Assembly: GCA_037968655.1 (NCBI GenBank)
Contig: JBBKVW010000290.1
Span: 1,220-65,219, forward strand
Direction: 5' to 3'
From: Burkholderiaceae bacterium
GTDB taxonomy: Bacteria; Pseudomonadota; Gammaproteobacteria; Burkholderiales; Burkholderiaceae_C
Length of the DNA stretch: 64,000 nucleotides
The notes under the pieces are model-generated. The model searched no databases. It had not been told where the DNA came from and was given only the letters and a program-made list of their open reading frames with translations. This document shows, one piece after another, positions 20,523-29,880 of the stretch; position 1 is the stretch's first letter; each line of letters starts with the position of its first letter. A program made the position numbers and the translations under genes.

Positions 20523-22370
20523 ATGATCGAATTCCTCACCCAGAACTTTGTCCCGGTCATGTTCGCCGGGCTGTTGTTCTTCCTGTTGACGGGCATTCCT
20601 GTCGCATTCGGCCTGGCCGCAACTGGCTTGTTCTTCGGCCTGATCGGCATGGAACTGGGCCTGTTCTCGACCAACCTGTTCCAGGCGCTGCCACTGCGGG
20701 TGTTTGCCATCATGTCCAACGAGACGTTGCTGGCAATTCCTTTTTTCACTTTCATGGGCATCATCCTGGAGCGCTCCCGAATGGCCGAGGACCTGCTGTC
20801 CACGGTCGGCCAGGTGTTCGGTCCGGCGCGCGGCGGCCTGGCGATCGCCGTGATCCTGGTTGGCGCCTTGCTGGCTGCCACCACCGGTGTGGTCGCCGCA
20901 GCGGTGATTTCGATGGGCCTGATCTCATTGCCGATCATGCTGCGCTATGGCTACAACCGCACCATTGCCACCGGCGCCATCACAGCGTCCGGCACCCTGG
21001 CCCAGGCCATTCCACCGTCCCTGGTGCTGATCGTGCTGGCCGACCAGATGGGCCGTTCGGTCGGCGACATGTACGCCGGCGCATTGATGCCGGCCTTGCT
21101 GCTGGTTGCGCTGTACGTGAGTTATATCGTCCTGATTGCGATCGTCAAACCCAAGTGGGTGCCGGCCTTGCCTGCCGAGGCGCGCATCTACCGCGAGAAC
21201 AATGGAGCCAGCGGCCACGTGTCGTTGATCGTATTGCTGGTGGTCTGCGGCCTGGCTGGCTGGTTCTGGTCAACTGTCCACGATGGCTACATGACGCGCT
21301 GGATGGAACGAACCATTCCGTCGCCCGGCGACGAGATCGTGATCATGTCCCTGACGGTGTCGTCGTTGCTGGCACTTGTTCTGGCCATCGTCAACCGCGT
21401 CACAGGCATGGGACTGCTGTCCAAGTTGGCCGAGCAGGTCACTTTCGTACTGATACCGCCCCTGGTGCTGATGTTCCTGGTGCTGGGGACGATTTTCCTG
21501 GGCATTGCCACGCCAACGGAAGGTGGCGCCATGGGCGCGATGGGCGCACTGATCATGGCGGTGTCGCGCCGGCGCCTGAGCTTCAAGCTGCTCAAGCAGG
21601 CGCTCGATGGCACTGCCAAGCTGGCGACCTTCGTGATGTTCATCCTGGTCGGCTCCACGGTATTTAGCTTCACCTTCAACGCGGCCGATGGCCACGTCTG
21701 GGTGGAGCACCTGTTCACCAACATGCCTGGCGGTGCCTTGGGTTTCCTGATCGTCGTCAACCTGCTGGTGTTCGTGCTGGGTTGCTTCATCGACTTCTTC
21801 GAGATCGCATTCATCGTGATCCCGATCCTGGTTCCGGTGGCGACCAAGATCCTGCCCGAGTTGATGCCTGGCGTGCCGATCGACTCGGTGATGATCTGGT
21901 TCGGCATCATCCTGGCCATCAATTTGCAGACGTCGTTCCTGACCCCGCCGTTCGGATTTGCGCTGTTCTATCTGCGCAGTGTGGCGGCGAAAACCGAATA
22001 CCAGGACCGCATAACGGGAGAGACGATCCCCGCAGTCAAGACCTCACAGATCTACATGGGTTCGATCGCATTTCTTTTTCTTCAGATCATCGTCCTGGCG
22101 TCGGTCGTCACGTTCCCGCAATTGGTTGTGAGCGGCATCACCAAGGGGCCGCAGATCGACGCCGAGGCGGCGCTGGAGGCCTTCCGCGTGCCTGGCCCGG
22201 GCAAACTGGCTCCTTTGCCGACGTTCGGGTTTCCGACAGCTCCGGGTGCCAGTGCACCAGCGCAAGGCGCCGCCAGTGCACCCGCCGCAGACGCGGGCGC
22301 CGCCGCCAATGATGATCCGATGAAGGCGATCCTGGACGCAGTGAAGAAGGACGCCGAAGCCAAGAAGTAG
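20523..22370 (+). CDS. TRAP transporter large permease (DctM)
   Basis: LLAIPFF, ASGTLAQAIPPSLVL, ATPTEGGAMGA, FIDFFEIAFI, QTSFLTPPFGFALFYLR. Confidence 0.92.
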   Translation: MIEFLTQNFVPVMFAGLLFFLLTGIPVAFGLAATGLFFGLIGMELGLFSTNLFQALPLRVFAIMSNETLLAIPFFTFMGIILERSRMAEDLLSTVGQVFGPARGGLAIAVILVGALLAATTGVVAAAVISMGLISLPIMLRYGYNRTIATGAITASGTLAQAIPPSLVLIVLADQMGRSVGDMYAGALMPALLLVALYVSYIVLIAIVKPKWVPALPAEARIYRENNGASGHVSLIVLLVVCGLAGWFWSTVHDGYMTRWMERTIPSPGDEIVIMSLTVSSLLALVLAIVNRVTGMGLLSKLAEQVTFVLIPPLVLMFLVLGTIFLGIATPTEGGAMGAMGALIMAVSRRRLSFKLLKQALDGTAKLATFVMFILVGSTVFSFTFNAADGHVWVEHLFTNMPGGALGFLIVVNLLVFVLGCFIDFFEIAFIVIPILVPVATKILPELMPGVPIDSVMIWFGIILAINLQTSFLTPPFGFALFYLRSVAAKTEYQDRITGETIPAVKTSQIYMGSIAFLFLQIIVLASVVTFPQLVVSGITKGPQIDAEAALEAFRVPGPGKLAPLPTFGFPTAPGASAPAQGAASAPAADAGAAANDDPMKAILDAVKKDAEAKK

Positions 22371-22450
22371 GGCCACCGCCGGGCGGGCGCTCGGCCACAT
22401 TGATCTTGTGGCGCCGTTCCAGCCGGTGCCGGATTGAACGGTCAACAAAC

Positions 22451-22511
22451 AAAAAAAGGCCCCGCATTGCGGGGCCTTTTGCATGGAGGCGGCGTCTTCG
22501 AAAAGACGCCG
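22451..22511. terminator. Bidirectional intrinsic terminator plus a second hairpin
   Basis: AAAAGGCCCCGC-att-GCGGGGCCTTTT flanked by A and T tracts. CGGCGTCTT-cgaa-AAGACGCCG follows. Both lie between convergent TRAP genes. Confidence 0.85.
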
Positions 22512-22524
22512 GCCCACTGGCAAC

Positions 22525-23607
22525 TTACAGCTTCTGGCGCTGCATGTAGTTGTCGAAGGTCGATTCGGTGAAGCGGAACCACAGGTTCTGGTCGCGGCGG
22601 AATGCGGAGTAGTCTTCGTAAATCTTCTTCCAGGCAGGATTGCTGCCATTGAGTTCTGAATACAGAGCCATCGACTCCTTGAAGGCTGCGTCCATCACGG
22701 TCGCCGGGAACGGGAACAATTTGGCGCCCAGTCCCACCAGCTGCTTAAGGGCGCCGGGGTTGAGTGCATCGTACTGCGCTTGCATGTTGGTGTGTGCGTA
22801 GTATGAAGCGGCGTTGATGATCGCCTTGTACTCAGCCGAAAGTCCGTCGTACGCCTTGGTGTTGACGTGCAAGTCGAGCTGGGGGCCGCCTTCCCAGTAA
22901 CCGGGGTAGGCGTAGTTGTTGGCAACTTTGTAAAAGCCCAGCTTCAGGTCGTCATACGGACCGACCCATTCGGCCGCATCGATCGTGCCTTTTTCCAGCG
23001 ACTGATATATCTCGCCGCCGGGAATGTTGGCAGCAATACCGCCAATGCGCTCCCAGACCTTGCCGCTGAAGCCGCCGGTGCGGAACTTCAGGCCCTTGAT
23101 GTCGTCCATCGACTTGATCGGCTTGCGGAACCAGCCGCCCATCTGGGCTCCGGTGTTGCCCATCGGGAAGTTGATGATGTTGTACTGGCGATAGAACTCA
23201 CGCGTGAGCTTCAGGCCATTGCCATGCATCATCCAGGCCGTCATCTGGCGGCTGTTCAGGCCAAACGGAATCGCGCAGCCGATGGCAAACGTGGGATCCT
23301 TGCCAAAGTAGTAGTACGGCGCCGTGCTGGCCATTTCGACGGTGCCGGCTTGCACCGCATCAACGGTACCGAACGCCGGCACCAGTTCGCCCGGGCCGTG
23401 GGTCGTGATCTCGAACTTGCCGCCCGACATGTCCTTGACCTGCTTGGCAAACACATCCGATACGCCAAACAATGTGTCGAGCGATTTCGGGAAGCTGGAA
23501 GTCAGACGCCAGCGCAATGCGGTCTGCGCATGCACGATTGCTGGCGCGATGCCAGCGGCGAGTACGCCAGCCAGGCCGGTAGTTTTGATGATGGAACGAC
23601 GATCCAT
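22525..23607 (-). CDS. TRAP substrate-binding protein, TakP-like (2-oxoacid/monocarboxylate)
   Basis: Twin-Arg-like leader (DRRSIIK), WRLTSSFPKSLD, GNTGAQMGGWFRK, IDAAEWVGPYDD. AAGGAG RBS. Confidence 0.9.
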   Translation of the reverse strand: MDRRSIIKTTGLAGVLAAGIAPAIVHAQTALRWRLTSSFPKSLDTLFGVSDVFAKQVKDMSGGKFEITTHGPGELVPAFGTVDAVQAGTVEMASTAPYYYFGKDPTFAIGCAIPFGLNSRQMTAWMMHGNGLKLTREFYRQYNIINFPMGNTGAQMGGWFRKPIKSMDDIKGLKFRTGGFSGKVWERIGGIAANIPGGEIYQSLEKGTIDAAEWVGPYDDLKLGFYKVANNYAYPGYWEGGPQLDLHVNTKAYDGLSAEYKAIINAASYYAHTNMQAQYDALNPGALKQLVGLGAKLFPFPATVMDAAFKESMALYSELNGSNPAWKKIYEDYSAFRRDQNLWFRFTESTFDNYMQRQKL

Positions 23608-23861
23608 GGGTAGTTTCTCCTTTTCATTGATACCAAGTGAATTGCACCATGATGGCGCAATTCGAGTAACGGGTGGCGCTGAAGGCCACCAGGACGTGCT
23701 GTCCCGCAGATTGTCGACAGGTTCGCCCAAATGTGGCAGGGGGGTTTCCCTTACTGGGCCATTCGAATTTGAAACCAAATCAGCGGCTCGGGCTGGAGCA
23801 GGCGGAACCCAGGCAATATGACCGGCAGTGGAGGCCAGCGCGCTGGCATAAGATCATGCCC

Positions 23862-25121
23862 ATGCCCGCAGCCCTGATTCGAGGTATTGATTCGCCAGAC
23901 ATGCGCGCTGCAGGTCGTGAGTTGCTGTCGGTTGCCTTGATGGATGCGCGCAATCACACCTTGCATCTGGCCGACCAGTTAGCCACGCATCTGCAACGCG
24001 AGTCGGCATTGCCACAATCCATCCCGCGCGACATCAATCCGCTGGCCTGGGAACTGGGACACATCGCCTGGTTCCAGGAATGGTGGATCGCGCGCAACAT
24101 GCAGCGCAGTCGTGGTCGACGCTGCGATGCCAGCGCGACTCGCCTGCCATCGCTGGAGCCCAGCGCCGATTTCTGGTGGGACGACAGTCAGCGCGACCTG
24201 GCCGAGCGCTGGAAGCTGGATCTGCCTGGCCTGGAAACGCTCAAGGGCTATTTGCTGGCGACGCTGGAAACGACACTGGAACTGCTCGAAAAATCGGTCG
24301 ACACCGAGCAGGCACTGTATTTCTACCGGCTGGCGCTGGCACACGAAGACATGCATGGCGAGGAACTCATCGCCACCGCACAGGCGCTGGGCGTGCCGCT
24401 GGAGATCGAGTTGCCGGGGCCCATGCACATGCGGGCGCCGCTGTTGCTACCCGATACACGCTGGTCCATGGGCCATGACGATGCGAGCGGGCTGGTTTAT
24501 GACAATGAAAGGCCGGTGCATGTCGTGGCGGTGCCGGAGTTCGAGATCGATGCGCAGGTCGTCAGCTGGGCCCAGTTCATCGAATTTGTCGATGACGGTG
24601 CCTATGACCGGCAGGAGTTGTGGCAGCCTGCGGGTTGGACATGGCTCCAGCAAAAAGCCGGTGAGGAGGGGGCCGAGTCGGGCGGCCGGGCGCCGCGCTA
24701 TGTGCAGCAGATCGGCGTCGCCAGTGGGGCCGTCATGCAGATGCGTTTTGGTTCGGCGCGGCGCATGCTGGGTGGCCAGCCGGCCATGCATGTCAGCTGG
24801 TGGGAGGCCGACGCCTGGTGCCGCTGGGCCGGGCGCCGTCTGCCGGCCGAAGTGGAATGGGAACTGGCGGCCTGCAGCGCAACCCGGCGCGGATTTCGCT
24901 GGGGCGATGTCTGGGAATGGACCGGCAGCACGGCGCGGCCCTATCCGGACTTCGTCGCTGACCCATGGAAAGACTATTCGCAAGCCTGCTTTGGCAGCCA
25001 CAAGGTATTGCGCGGTGCATCGTTTGCCACCCGCGAGCGCATGAAGCATCCGCGCTTCAGGAACTTCCAGCTGCCCCGGAACGATCTTGTTTTTGCGGGC
25101 TTTCGCTCTTGCGCCTTGTAA
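23862..25121 (+). CDS. EgtB/SenA-like non-heme iron enzyme (DinB-like domain plus FGE-sulfatase-like domain)
   Basis: NPLAWELGHIAWFQEWW, HEDMH (His metal ligands), HVSWWEADAWCRWAGRRLPAEVEWE, GDVWEW, VLRGASF, FAGFRSC. Confidence 0.85.
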   Translation: MPAALIRGIDSPDMRAAGRELLSVALMDARNHTLHLADQLATHLQRESALPQSIPRDINPLAWELGHIAWFQEWWIARNMQRSRGRRCDASATRLPSLEPSADFWWDDSQRDLAERWKLDLPGLETLKGYLLATLETTLELLEKSVDTEQALYFYRLALAHEDMHGEELIATAQALGVPLEIELPGPMHMRAPLLLPDTRWSMGHDDASGLVYDNERPVHVVAVPEFEIDAQVVSWAQFIEFVDDGAYDRQELWQPAGWTWLQQKAGEEGAESGGRAPRYVQQIGVASGAVMQMRFGSARRMLGGQPAMHVSWWEADAWCRWAGRRLPAEVEWELAACSATRRGFRWGDVWEWTGSTARPYPDFVADPWKDYSQACFGSHKVLRGASFATRERMKHPRFRNFQLPRNDLVFAGFRSCAL

Positions 25122-26229
25122 AGCGCCACCATGGCAATACTGCATTGAGCGACAGCACCTCGCCGCAGTGCAGCGGCTGGTAGCCCGGCATTGCTGCCAG
25201 TGTCGATCGCCAGCTGGCGCTGGACAGCACCGCACGCAGCGCCAGTATGGCCGGCCGGTCCAGCGCCGACTTCAGGCACACCAAGTGATAGCTCTCTTGC
25301 GCCAGCGGGATGAAATCAAGCCGCAATGCGCGCGCTGCTGCTTCAATTCCCAGGCCGGCGTCTGCACTGCCGTCGGCCACCGCGTGGGCCAGCGCGGCGT
25401 GCGAGGGCTCGGTGCGATCGAAGCCATTGATGTCGGCGGCCGCGATGCCGGCCTGATGCAACAGTTCTTCCAGCAATAGCCGGGTTCCAGTGCCCAGTGC
25501 GCGATTGACAAAGCGCACCGAGGGCGAACGCAGATCCAGCACGCTGCGCAGGCCCAGCGGGTTGCCGTGCGCAACGATCAGGCCCTGCGCGCGCTGCGCA
25601 AAGCCGATGATCTTGTGCCGCCCGGGTTTGAGCAATGGTTTGTAGATGCGCTGTGCCAATGAGCCATTGGCCGGCATCTGCAGGCTGTGAAAACCGGCCA
25701 TCTCGCAGCGGCCCTCATTGAGCGCCCGGATCGCGTCGACGCTGCCGCAAAAGCGGATGTCCAGGTGCAGCGGCCCGTGCTCCGCGTGCTGGGTCTGTTG
25801 ATCGGGACCGAGCGCCAAGGCGTGCTCGCGCAGCGCGGCCAACGCGTTATCGTGGCTGGCATACAGCGTCAGCACATGGGCCCGGTCGTCGAAGGCCACC
25901 GCAAAGGCGCGCTCCAGATCCCCGCGCAGCGCCTCGATCTGTGGTGCCAGGCGAACCTGGGCCTGGCGTTCGGCCCACATCAGTTTGTGGCCAAAGCTCG
26001 TGAGCTGGGCCGGCTGCCCCTTGTCCCAGGTCACCAGGCCATGGCCCAGCGTGTCTTCCCAGCGTTTGAGTTCGCCCCAGACATGGCGGTAGGACAGGCG
26101 CAACGCGCGCGCTGCCGCCGAAATCGAACCTTGGCTGGCCACCGCCTGCAGCAGATCGATCAGCGGGTTGCGCACCAGCGCCGGGCCGCTGTCGCGGCCC
26201 AGGGTGTAGTGGAAGGAGAGCCTATGCAT
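25057..26229 (-). CDS. FdsR/ModE-type regulator (N-terminal HTH plus periplasmic-binding-protein-like oxyanion domain)
   Basis: GSISAAARALRLSYRHVWGEL, ASHD, FVNRALGTGTR, ADAGLG. Divergent from tupBCA. Confidence 0.85.
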   Translation of the reverse strand: MHRLSFHYTLGRDSGPALVRNPLIDLLQAVASQGSISAAARALRLSYRHVWGELKRWEDTLGHGLVTWDKGQPAQLTSFGHKLMWAERQAQVRLAPQIEALRGDLERAFAVAFDDRAHVLTLYASHDNALAALREHALALGPDQQTQHAEHGPLHLDIRFCGSVDAIRALNEGRCEMAGFHSLQMPANGSLAQRIYKPLLKPGRHKIIGFAQRAQGLIVAHGNPLGLRSVLDLRSPSVRFVNRALGTGTRLLLEELLHQAGIAAADINGFDRTEPSHAALAHAVADGSADAGLGIEAAARALRLDFIPLAQESYHLVCLKSALDRPAILALRAVLSSASWRSTLAAMPGYQPLHCGEVLSLNAVLPWWRFTRRKSESPQKQDRSGAAGSS

Positions 26230-26241
26230 GACGCTACATAT
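26222..26241. promoter_or_regulatory. Candidate FdsR-type operator
   Basis: CTATG-N10-CATAT overlaps the regulator's start codon. It is one mismatch from the ATANG-N10-CNTAT motif I recall for Ralstonia FdsR. Confidence 0.4.
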
Positions 26242-26277
26242 CGCGGATCGGTGAGGGCGCGCCTACGATACCCGAAC

Positions 26278-27015
26278 ATGTCCACCTTCTCGCAAAGCGC
26301 GGCTACAGCGCTGCAGTTGATCAGCTCCTTTGACCCGGCCCTGTGGACCATCGTGGGCCGGTCGCTGGCCGTCAGTGGCTTGGCCTGTCTGCTGGCATGC
26401 GGCTTCGGGCTTGCCTTGGGTGCCTGGTTGGGTGTGGCGCGCTTTCGCGGGCGCGGCATCTGCCTGACGCTATTGAACACGCTGCTGGCCGTGCCGTCGG
26501 TGGTGGTGGGGCTGGTGGTGTATCTCTTGCTGTCACGCTCGGGCCCGCTCGGGGATCTGGGTTGGTTGTTCAGCGTCAAGGCGATGGTGCTGGCGCAGGC
26601 GCTGCTGGTGCTGCCGGTCGTCACGGCGCTGACGCGCCAGGTGGTGGAGGACGTCGAACATGCGCATGGCGAGCAGTTGCGCTCGCTTGGCGCGGGCAAC
26701 GCGCTGCGCGCTGCGATGCTGGCCTGGGACGAGCGCTTTGCGCTGCTCACGGTACTGATCGCCGCGTTCGGTCGCGCAGTGTCCGAGGTCGGTGCGGTCA
26801 TGATTGTGGGCGGCAACATCGACGGCTTTACCCGGGTGATGACGACGGCCATCGCCTTGGAGACCAGCAAGGGCGATCTGCCGCTGGCACTCGGGCTCGG
26901 AATGCTGTTGCTGCTGGTAGTGCTGCTGCTCAATGCGCTGATCGCATTGCTGCGCGGCTGGCGCAGGCGCGTCGAGGGCGGCGCGCTGCCCGCCATGGTG
27001 GGTAATCCGGCGTGA
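26278..27015 (+). CDS. tupB: Tungstate ABC transporter permease
   Basis: PSVVVGLVVYLLLSRSGPLG and FGRAVSEVGAVMIVGGNIDGFTRVMTTAIALETSKG. Confidence 0.9.
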   Translation: MSTFSQSAATALQLISSFDPALWTIVGRSLAVSGLACLLACGFGLALGAWLGVARFRGRGICLTLLNTLLAVPSVVVGLVVYLLLSRSGPLGDLGWLFSVKAMVLAQALLVLPVVTALTRQVVEDVEHAHGEQLRSLGAGNALRAAMLAWDERFALLTVLIAAFGRAVSEVGAVMIVGGNIDGFTRVMTTAIALETSKGDLPLALGLGMLLLLVVLLLNALIALLRGWRRRVEGGALPAMVGNPA

Positions 27016-27061
27016 CCCAATCAACTTCGAACTGCTGCGCCAGCGCGGCCTGGCCGATCTG

Positions 27062-27775
27062 ATGCGCGCTTTGATCGCATTGCACGAAGTGGGTCTGCGT
27101 TATGGCGCAGTCGTCGCCCTGTCCGGTGTCACCCTGCAACTGCAGGCAGGCGAGCGCCTGGCACTGGTGGGCAGCAACGGCAGCGGCAAGAGCAGCCTGC
27201 TGCGCTTGCTGCACGGCCTGCTGCAGGCCGACAGCGGCACTGTCACGCGCGCAGGCGATTTACGCCAGGCAATGGTGTTCCAGCGCCCCTTCATGTTGCG
27301 CACCACCGTGCAAAGAAATGTGGCGCTGGCGCTGTGGCTTGATGGAATGCGCTGGTCCGACGCATTGAAGGCCGCAATTGCAGGGCTGGAACGCGTAGGC
27401 ATGCGGGCGCTGGCCGAACGCAGCGCCCGCGCACTGTCGGGCGGGCAACAGCAGCGGGTTGCCTTGGCGCGCGCCTGGCTGCGCAAGCCTGATCTGTGGT
27501 TGCTCGATGAGCCCACCGCCAGCCTGGACCCGCATGCCAAACACGAGGTGGAAGCACTGATGGCCGAATTTGCCGCGGGCGACTCCGGGCAGGCCATGAC
27601 CACCGTATTTGCCAGCCACAACCTGGGCCAGGTCAAGCGCCTGGCCAGCCGCGTCGTCTACCTGGAGCATGGCCGGGTACTGGCGGACCTGCCGGTCGCG
27701 GAATTTTTCGACGCCAGGCGACTGCAGGCGGTCTCTGGCGCGGCCCATCTTTTTGTCAAAGGGGAACTCGCATGA
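27062..27775 (+). CDS. tupC: Tungstate ABC transporter ATP-binding protein
   Basis: Walker A GSNGSGKS, signature LSGGQQQR, Walker B LLDEPT. Lies between tupB and tupA. Confidence 0.88.
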   Translation: MRALIALHEVGLRYGAVVALSGVTLQLQAGERLALVGSNGSGKSSLLRLLHGLLQADSGTVTRAGDLRQAMVFQRPFMLRTTVQRNVALALWLDGMRWSDALKAAIAGLERVGMRALAERSARALSGGQQQRVALARAWLRKPDLWLLDEPTASLDPHAKHEVEALMAEFAAGDSGQAMTTVFASHNLGQVKRLASRVVYLEHGRVLADLPVAEFFDARRLQAVSGAAHLFVKGELA

Positions 27776-28617
27776 AAATTCAAGAAACTCCGAGCCAGCG
27801 TCGCGCCAGCCCGCTGCGCCGTCTGCTGCTGCTCGCCGGCTGTGCGCTGGCCATGGGCGCGCAGGCGCAATCCACCATCACGATGGCGTCAACCACCTCG
27901 ACCGAGCAATCGGGCCTGTTTGCGCACCTGTTGCCGGCGTTCAAGGCGAGCAGCGGCATCGACATCAAGGTGGTGGCGCTGGGCACCGGCCAGGCGCTGG
28001 ACATGGCGCGCCGGGGTGACGCTGACCTGCTGTTCGTGCACGACCGGGTGGCCGAAGAGAAGTTTGTCGCCGAAGGATTTGGCGTCAAGCGCTGGCCGGT
28101 GATGTACAACGATTTCGTCGTCATCGGCCCCAGGTCCGACGCGATCGGCCTGCGCGGCAATGACATCGTGGCAGCCTTGAAGAAGATCGCGGCTGCCAAT
28201 GGCGCGTTCATTTCACGCGGCGACAAGAGCGGTACCCACGCTGCCGAGCTGCGCTTCTGGAATGCGGCCGGCCTGGCCGACAAGGGCAGGGGCAGTGGCT
28301 ACAGGGAATGCGGCTGCGGCATGGGTCCGGCGCTCAACATCGCCTCCGGCAGCAATGCCAATCTGTTGGCCGACCGCGGTACCTGGCTCAACTTCAGGAA
28401 CCGCGGCGAGCTGGCGGTGCTGGTCGAAGGCGACAAGCGCCTGTTCAACCAGTATGGCGTGATGCTGGTGAACCCGGCCAGGCACCCGCATGTCAAGGCG
28501 GCGGACGCGCAGAAGTTCATCGACTGGATCGTCTCGGCGCCTGGGCAGGCAGTCATTGCGCAGTACCGGATCGGCGGCGAGCAGCTGTTTTTTCCGAACG
28601 CGGGGGGCGACCAGTAG
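27772..28617 (+). CDS. tupA: Tungstate ABC transporter substrate-binding protein
   Basis: Signal peptide, STTSTEQSGL (TTTS-type motif), GTGQAL, MYNDFV, SRGDKSGTH, DRGTW, LFNQY. Confidence 0.9.
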   Translation: MKIQETPSQRRASPLRRLLLLAGCALAMGAQAQSTITMASTTSTEQSGLFAHLLPAFKASSGIDIKVVALGTGQALDMARRGDADLLFVHDRVAEEKFVAEGFGVKRWPVMYNDFVVIGPRSDAIGLRGNDIVAALKKIAAANGAFISRGDKSGTHAAELRFWNAAGLADKGRGSGYRECGCGMGPALNIASGSNANLLADRGTWLNFRNRGELAVLVEGDKRLFNQYGVMLVNPARHPHVKAADAQKFIDWIVSAPGQAVIAQYRIGGEQLFFPNAGGDQ

Positions 28618-28645
28618 CCAGTCTGTTGCGGCCTTGGCGGCGGTC

Positions 28646-29818
28646 TCACGACCGCCGTAATCCCAACCTGCGGTACACCGTGGCTCGGCTGACGCCAAGC
28701 CGGGCCGCGGCCTCGGCCACATTGCCACGGGTCTCCTGGACTGTCTTGCGGATCAGCGCAGTCTCGATGTCGCGCAGCCGACCTTGGCCGCCAGGCGATT
28801 GGACTGGCGCGGCCAGATTCGGGCGCCGGCTCGGTGCGAAAGCTTCTTTTGCGATCGGGGCGCCGGCGGGCAGTGCCAGCGCCTGCAAATGCAAGCCCGA
28901 CCAAAGGGGCACGTCGATGCTGCGTGCCTCGTGTCTTGCCGCGTCAAACAGTGCCTCGAATCCCATCGCAAACAGCTCGCTGGCATGTACCGCGATCTGA
29001 TCGCTGCCGGGGCCCTTGTTCAATGCGGGAACCATTTCCCGCGCCGTGCGATTGCAGGTGCTGACACAGCCATCGGCGTCCAGGCCGACCAGCGCGTCGC
29101 TGTCGCCGCCCAACGGGTGCCCAGGCCAGTTCAGTCGCAGCAAGATGGCGTGCGGGCCCTGCATTGCCAGCGCGTTTTCAATGTTGCGCGCTGACTGGAC
29201 CGCCAGGTGCAGCAACTCGCTGCGCTCGGGCACGTCGACACCAGTCAGGTCCAGCATGCCGACGCAGCGGCCATTCGGACCAAACAGGGGCGCGCCCGCG
29301 CAGCTGTAGATGGCTGTGTCGTCGAAAAAATGCTCGCCGCGGTGCAACCACACGGGATGCAGATCGGTCAATGCCGCACCGATCGCGGTGGTGCCGACGC
29401 TGCGCTCGGACAGGTCCACGCCGACGCGGGTGATCAGTTCGGCGCGGCGGTCACCGCGATCGATCGGGCCGCTGGTGTCGACGACGACACCGTCGGCATT
29501 GGTCAGGATGGCGAAATAGCGGGTGTCGGCCAGGGCCTGGCCAAGGGCGTGCAAGGTGCTGCGTGCGGCCAGCGTCAAGGCCTGATTGGCGTCGTGTGTG
29601 CGCCGCGTTTGCACCTCGGAAACTGCGTCGAAGCTGACGCGCTGGCGCGGCTGATGTCCCAATGCCAGGCAGCGCTGCCAGGAGCGGGTGATCCAGGCTT
29701 GCACCAGGCCGGCGCCTTCCGAATTGCAATCGGACAGCAGCGCCCGGCGTGCCCGCTGTATGCCATCGAGCCGCGCCAGCGGCGCCGCTTGTTCGTGGCC
29801 GTGATTGACAGTTGCCAT
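28646..29818 (-). CDS. AcoR-like regulator with GAF, PAS-like and Fis-HTH domains but no AAA+ domain
   Basis: SWQRC...G, SERSVGTTAIGAAL, GEHF...SCAGAPLFGP.G, and C-terminal GNVAEAAARLGVSRATVYRRL. No GETGTGK or GAFTGA in 390 aa. Confidence 0.8.
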   Translation of the reverse strand: MATVNHGHEQAAPLARLDGIQRARRALLSDCNSEGAGLVQAWITRSWQRCLALGHQPRQRVSFDAVSEVQTRRTHDANQALTLAARSTLHALGQALADTRYFAILTNADGVVVDTSGPIDRGDRRAELITRVGVDLSERSVGTTAIGAALTDLHPVWLHRGEHFFDDTAIYSCAGAPLFGPNGRCVGMLDLTGVDVPERSELLHLAVQSARNIENALAMQGPHAILLRLNWPGHPLGGDSDALVGLDADGCVSTCNRTAREMVPALNKGPGSDQIAVHASELFAMGFEALFDAARHEARSIDVPLWSGLHLQALALPAGAPIAKEAFAPSRRPNLAAPVQSPGGQGRLRDIETALIRKTVQETRGNVAEAAARLGVSRATVYRRLGLRRS

Positions 29819-29880
29819 GCTTGGGTCATTGTGCCCGAGGCCGCCATGCCGATCGACACGTCAGCGACTACGATGGCGTC

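Noticed and set aside
23862-25121. Complete selenoneine or ergothioneine cluster, or the formylglycine-generating enzyme for the sulfatase at 43479
   Set aside because: No senB, selD or egtD lies nearby. The protein has an N-terminal DinB-like iron domain and lacks the catalytic Cys pair of true FGE.
25057-25121. 65-nt convergent overlap between the EgtB-like gene and the FdsR-like gene
   Set aside because: The regulator's tail beyond LPWW looks like a non-conserved extension. Short 3' overlaps are common.
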